Assembly (NCBI GenBank): GCA_037447605.1
Contig: CM074805.1
Coordinates: forward strand, 1,769,361-1,833,360
Source: Zygnema circumcarinatum SAG 698-1b
Taxonomy: Eukaryota > Plantae > Zygnematophyceae
Reading direction: 5' to 3'
DNA: 64,000 nucleotides
Shown: piece by piece, positions 58,301 through 64,000 of the stretch
Layout of the letters: each line of letters begins with the position of its first letter
Numbering within the stretch: the stretch's first letter is position 1
The notes under the pieces: model-generated
What the model was told of the DNA's origin: nothing
The model's database searches: none
The model's input: only the letters and a program-made list of their open reading frames with translations
Position numbers and translations under genes: made by a program

Positions 58301-61300
58301 AGGAGTTCCCTAACAAGGTTGCTGTGCAAATGAATGACACTCACCCCACTCTTTGTGGCCCTGAGCTTCTGCGCATCCTTATTGACGATAAAGGCTTGTC
58401 TTGGGAGAAGGCCTACGAGATCACACAAGCGTAAGCCCGTAAAATCTTAAGCAGGACTGCTCGACTTTGTTTAATTTTAAATGGCCTCAAAACCGTTTTT
58501 TAATTGTGCCAATGTAGGCTTCTACTTTTTGGCCGAGATGGAACACTTTTCTCTCAAAGCCTGTTTATGATTGAGATGAATGAGCTTGTAGGTTCTGTAC
58601 AAATTCCTTATCTTGAGAGTGTGTAGGTGTGGTGCCAGTAAACTAGTACAATAGATTACAGGTAGTTTTATTGCTCAGCGAATGGTGGTTCCTATCGCAT
58701 GTGAATTTACTGCCTCTCGAATTGAATTACTTTATTTTTCTTTACTCGAAATTGGGTGTTGTGTCGGTAAGTCTGCTCTGCGAAGCAGCATTAATATTGA
58801 CAGTGAACGCTGACTTGAATTTCTTCGTCTGCTGTAGAGCTGTCGCCTACACCAACCACACGGTTCTTCCGGAGGCTCTGGAGAAATGGCCACTTGACCT
58901 GGTTGAGAAACTTCTGCCACGTCACACAGAATTTATTAGAAAGATTGACGAGCTAGTGAGTTCCCAATCCTTGAAGACTTTGATTGAACTCCCCATGCTT
59001 CGTGCTGGTGTTGCTATTGTGGATAATCTATTGTGAATCAGATCTTACTAAGAGAGCATGGTTGTGTGAGTTCCTGGAACGGTTTTCGCATCTACATTAA
59101 TATTAATCTATGACGCAATTAAGTGTCTGATGGTATTGAAGAACGTGCCAGCAGGAAAGTATGAAGCATATCTTTGACGACTGTGTTGTTTATGTGACAG
59201 TTTATGGAGGAGCTGATTACTGCTTTCAGCAGTGAAGAGAAGGATGTCCTCGTTGCAAGAATTGAACGCATGCGGGTGCTTGAGAATGTGGAACTTCCAG
59301 AGGGCATCAAGGCCAAGTTGGCCATTGCGGATCCTGTCAAGGCTGCAGCGGAAACTGGAACCGAGGAGGTTGTCAAGACTGAGAAGGAGGTGCCGAAGAA
59401 GGGTCTTGTCCGAATGGCGAACTTGGCTGTTGTTGAAGGCCACGCTGTGAACGGTGTTGCAGCCATTCACTCTGAGATCGTCAAGAATGAGGTCTTCAAT
59501 GACTTCTACCAGGTTTGTTAACGGGCCTAAGTACTAATCGTCTCAGCTGAAGTGGCTTGCTCCTTACCTCCCTCCAGCTCCGTGTCAGTCCTAGAGAAGT
59601 ATCTTCTTCTTATGAGAGTGTCTTCTTTTGATTGTATCATGATCAAGATTTCACACTAGAGGAGTTGCATGAAGTTGCTCCAGACTTGTTGCTTGCCGCA
59701 ACAGCCGCTAACGACACTAATTTTTTCTTATAACCTCAAATTTATTCTCGAAGCCCTTCATGGCCTTAGACCTAGCCTATTACATAGCAGTTCCACTAAC
59801 TTGTTTGAATCAACATTGCTCTGCTTCATGAGTGGGCCTTCTCGCATTAATGAAAGACTAATGAAACTTTTCTTTACTATAATCTTCTGTTATTCAGCTC
59901 TGGCCGGAGAAGTTCCAGAACAAGACAAATGGTGTGACTCCTCGCCGCTGGATGAGCTTCTGCAACCCTGAGATGAGCCAAGTTATCACCAAATGGCTCG
60001 GATCTGACGACTGGGTTTTGGATGCTGACCTCTTGCATGGTCTGGAAAAGGTTAGTTCTCTAGTAGTGTGTAAACATCTCATGTGTCATCCAATCTTCTG
60101 TACAGCATGTACTGTGGAATGTTTAATTCTGGGTCTACACATTCCTCACATCCTGCTTGAGGTTTTCTGTGGTGGCAGTTTGTTGATAACCAAGAGTTCA
60201 GGAAGGAGTGGGTGGTGGCCAAAACGGCACGAAAGGAGAAGCTTGCAGTTTACTTGAAGGAGAAGACGGGCTATGAGGTTAATACGGCGGCCCTCTTTGA
60301 CATTCAGGTGCTTACCCTTACTGAAATCCGTTCGAAATTACTTGATGCAGGAGTTTCTATGAAAGGAGCACTGATGTTGACGTGCAATGCATGTCTGCTT
60401 GTTCAGCATAAGTCGAGTCGTACGTTTCACATTTGTTGGCTTAACCAAGCAAAGTCACCTTAAGCTAGTGACAGAAAAAAATGGATGTAGAAATGTAGTT
60501 TGGGAAAAAAAAGGTAAAAGGCATATCATATTCATGTGTCGTCGTTTCCAGGTTATGGCGACTGTCCAGTTGTGTTCTCAAATATAAGTCTAGCCCTTGT
60601 ACGGGGAGTCGCTTGTCATGTAGTGGCCTTGTTTTCCATCCTTACTCTTCCCTTGCAGAAAAACATGGCCCTGGGACATTGAGAAGTCAGTTTCCTGTTG
60701 TTTTTCTAGGAGGTTACCATTTTCTGAGGATTCTGAAAATAAGTGATATCCAGGACTTTACTAGTCGTAGTTATAGCGTGAAAGAAATACTAGGGGTATT
60801 AGGGGTACTAGATGTATTCATATCTCTATGTATTCATAGACTCATATTCTATTTTTTTTGCTCGGATTACTACCAAGCCGAGGAAGAAAAAATATTTAAT
60901 GGATATGTTTCTTCAGAGGAACATGTTGCTCTATTTAGTCTAACTTCTTGCCATAATGGTGTATTGCAATGCAGGTCAAGCGTATTCATGAGTACAAGAG
61001 GCAGTTGCTCAACATTATGGGCATCATTTACCGATACAAGAAGATGAAGGAGCTCTCCCCGGAGGAGCGCAAGGAAAAGTATGTGCCTCGGGTTTGCTTG
61101 TTCGGAGGCAAGGCCTTCGCAACCTATTGGCAGGCGAAGCGTATTGTGAAGCTCATTACAGATGTTGGCCACGTGGTGAACAACGACCCTGAGATTGGTG
61201 ATCTGCTGAAGGTGGGTAAGCTGTGCACCAGCTGAGTAAGGATTGCTAATGTAAATCCTATTAGAGTTAGCACATGTCATCTGCTTCCAGATCCTAGTTC

Positions 61301-63029
61301 ACGTTGTTTTTCCAGTGCAAGTTAGTGAACTTCCAACAGGGAATGTCGATAGTGAAGGGCCTATGAAGAAGTCACTTCATCACTGGTTTGGGCCTCTTGT
61401 GCCAAATTAGATTGATTCTGACACCTAAAACCTGAAACGTGCGGATTGATTACTATGCAGGTCATCTTTGTGCCAGATTACAACGTCAGTGTGGCAGAGG
61501 TCTTAATCCCTGCGAGTGAGCTGTCTCAGCACATCAGGTGAGACCATCAAATTCCATCTCAATTGATGTTGCTATCCCAGGATGTAGTATATGTTTTGCT
61601 CGTATACCAAACTATGAACGGCATCATTCTGTGACCGACTCCCTTCCTGTGCTATAACGCGATGGTGCCACAACAGTTTAGTGGGGGTGACATTGGTGAG
61701 AGCAGATTTCCCGTATATCACGCACCAAGTGACTTCGAAACTACAGTGTGCATTGGGAATTGTGAAAGTTGCTGAAAAATTGGTGTTTGTGAAATCCCTG
61801 TTCGCAGCACTGCTGGCATGGAGGCCAGCGGCACGAGTAACATGAAGTTTGCGATGAATGGCTGCCTGCTCATCGGGACTCTGGACGGTGCAAATGTGGA
61901 GATTCGGGAAGAAGTTGGCGAGGATAACTTCTTCCTCTTTGGAGCTTTTGCGGAAGAGATTGTAGGCCTTCGTCAGGAAAGGGCAGATGGCAAGGTGAGC
62001 TTCATGAGAGCTTCCGCGCATGTACTTTGCTTGACTCATGATCACCTCACAACAGTACATTAAGGATAGGTCAGCAGAAGAGTGGTAGTTGTGTTTCGTG
62101 TGACCACGTCGTTATGTAGCCACAGGTTGTTTTCTAATCAATTCAGGGGAGGTGTGGCATCTGAATGTCATCAGTCATGAACAGTTTCAAAAGTACACAA
62201 TCTGAAGCAAGGGGAAGAATACATTAGAAGAATTTGTGCCTTTATTCATCATGTTTCCAGATAAAGGATGAATGATCACCTTCTTAACGGAGCAGTCGTC
62301 ATCTTCTAAGTTAACCCGATAAACCTCACTCCAATTGCAATTTCTGAGGAATTAGGTTAATTACGTTAGTTTGCATCGAAGCCAGCGACCATTTCAATTG
62401 TCACATTCATGGTGTCAGCAAGCCATCGGATCTTTATGTTCGAGGCTTGACTGGTTCATTGATGTGGATGCAGTTTGTTGCGGACCCAAGATTTGAGGAG
62501 GTTAAGGAATACATTAGATCGGGAGTGTTTGGCAGCTACGACTTTGACCCCCTTTTGGGCTCCTTGGAGGGTAATGAGGGCTATGGCCGCGGTGACTATT
62601 TCCTGGTTGGAAAGGACTTCCCTGCTTACATTGAGTGCCAGGACAAGGTGGACGAAGCCTACAGGGACCAGGAGGTGAGAAATTCTCCTCGGAGCTCAGC
62701 ACGCCTCCTTTCCTTGTTTCGTTCCTTGTTTCGGTTTACGATTATGAAATGGAAAATATGAACCGTCAGCCATTCCACCTGTAGCAAAGTTTTTCTATCA
62801 GTAATTATTCTGAAGAATCCGTCAAGGAAAAAACCAGTACCAGTAGGTTCTCGCTATGTTAATACGATCGTCTTTGTTCTTGAATCTGACACGTTGCTTT
62901 TGCTGTACACAGAGATGGGTAAGGTCATCAATCTTGAACACAGCCAATTCCGGAAAGTTCAGCAGTGATCGCACCATCAAGCAGTATTGCGAGGAAATCT
63001 GGGGCGTTACGGCCTGCCCTGTGCCCTAG
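55340..63029 (+). CDS. PHS1: Plastidial alpha-glucan (starch) phosphorylase, Pho1/PHS1 type
   Basis: Sixteen exons from ATG 55340 (transit-peptide-like exon 55340-55562) to TAG 63029. Motifs YYLSMEFLQ|[68 protein letters not shown]|[25 protein letters not shown] (PLP lysine), KFSSDRTI. Confidence 0.97.
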
Positions 63030-64000
63030 ACAATTCAGGTGACCACGATGAATCTCAGCTCCAAGGGGTCGATTGGCTCTACCTGACGATAAATATATTT
63101 TCTTGATGGAACAGAACAAAACGGATGTTAGAGCATGACTGTACGGTGTATTTGACTTGGCAACATAGCTCGTAGCGCAGGTGCTCTCAGTGCACCTGTG
63201 GCTATTGCATGCCGTGGCTCATTCCGCAGGGAATTCAAAATGCTGTCTCAGCTCATACAGTAGTGATGGCCTCCTCAGTTGAGGATATGGATGGCAGGAA
63301 CAACACGTCGTTATAGAAGAAAGCCACGGCATCTGTGGAACTAGTCAGATTTTTTTGTCTCGCACTTTTCTGGGGAGGGAGGGGGATATCCATTGTATGG
63401 GCATATTGTTTAAAAATCTATGTCTGGAAATTCTTTACGTTGGAGGAAGTATTTTGGCTTTCTAGGAATTATTTGTTGTGAACTTGTCTATTCCAATGCC
63501 TGTCCGTTCCAGTGTCTGTTCCAAAGTTTCTCTGTTCCAATATCTACCTGTTTTAATGAAGGCGGCAGGAACTGACTCAGGCGATATTGGCAACCTCCTC
63601 TAGAAGCCGCGACGTGCCCATAGCTTTTTTTTCGTTCCTAGGTCATTTTTGTGACCGGTTCTCCATATCCCGGGCATGTAACTTTCGACTGTGTACATCT
63701 GATGGCATTGCCACTGTGATATTGACGCTAGCTTAGGTTCTTTGGCAAGGTAAAAAAAAAAAAGTGATGGTCCAAAAGTCTTCTAGTCTTCGAAAAAAAA
63801 TGGCTTTTTAATTACTCAACCATCCTTTCTCCTTTTTTTCGCTGAATGCACTGTCACCATTACTCGTCACACATGCCACGTGAAGACAAGCTTGCTGACA
63901 TTACCTTACCCCAAGCAGCCACCCTACCTTGCTCATGCATAACCTGTGCATAATTTAATGTGTTTCAATCGGACCAGTGGCATTGATCTCACGATGGCAA

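Overview
Eukaryotic nuclear DNA from a streptophyte. This is most likely a charophyte-type green alga or another non-seed plant (inferred, not proven). The evidence is plant-type intron-rich genes, U12 minor-spliceosome introns, a plant-style snRNA promoter (USE+TATA), TTTAGGG-type repeats and a mitochondrial rps12 that needs no C-to-U editing. No prokaryotic features or CRISPR arrays were found. Nine spliced protein genes were reconstructed exon by exon: endosomal NHX5/6-type Na+/H+ exchanger (5'-partial), MSI1, organellar TrpRS, mitochondrial uL15, a tandem two-module GT92/DUF23-like glycosyltransferase, a galectin-less GT31 GALT-type galactosyltransferase, a secreted Root-cap-domain protein (possibly decayed), an ABC1K kinase and plastidial starch phosphorylase. 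There is also one U2 snRNA gene. Three items stand out. (1) A mitochondrial insertion (NUMT) carrying intact rps12, bracketed by a perfect 70-bp direct repeat, sits inside the last TrpRS intron. (2) A single-chain pseudo-enzyme + enzyme glycosyltransferase has a Met-rich tail and a GTAC-packed promoter. It is head-to-head with a lectin-less GALT across a GTAC-rich Tc1/mariner-type MITE. (3) A 1.5-kb degenerate interstitial telomere array faces a C-rich heptamer array across a gap. Three 10-N scaffold gaps (13903-13912, 34300-34309, 47938-47947) limit interpretation, and the 2-kb duplication around the second gap is probably an assembly artefact. All exon models were made by hand without RNA data.
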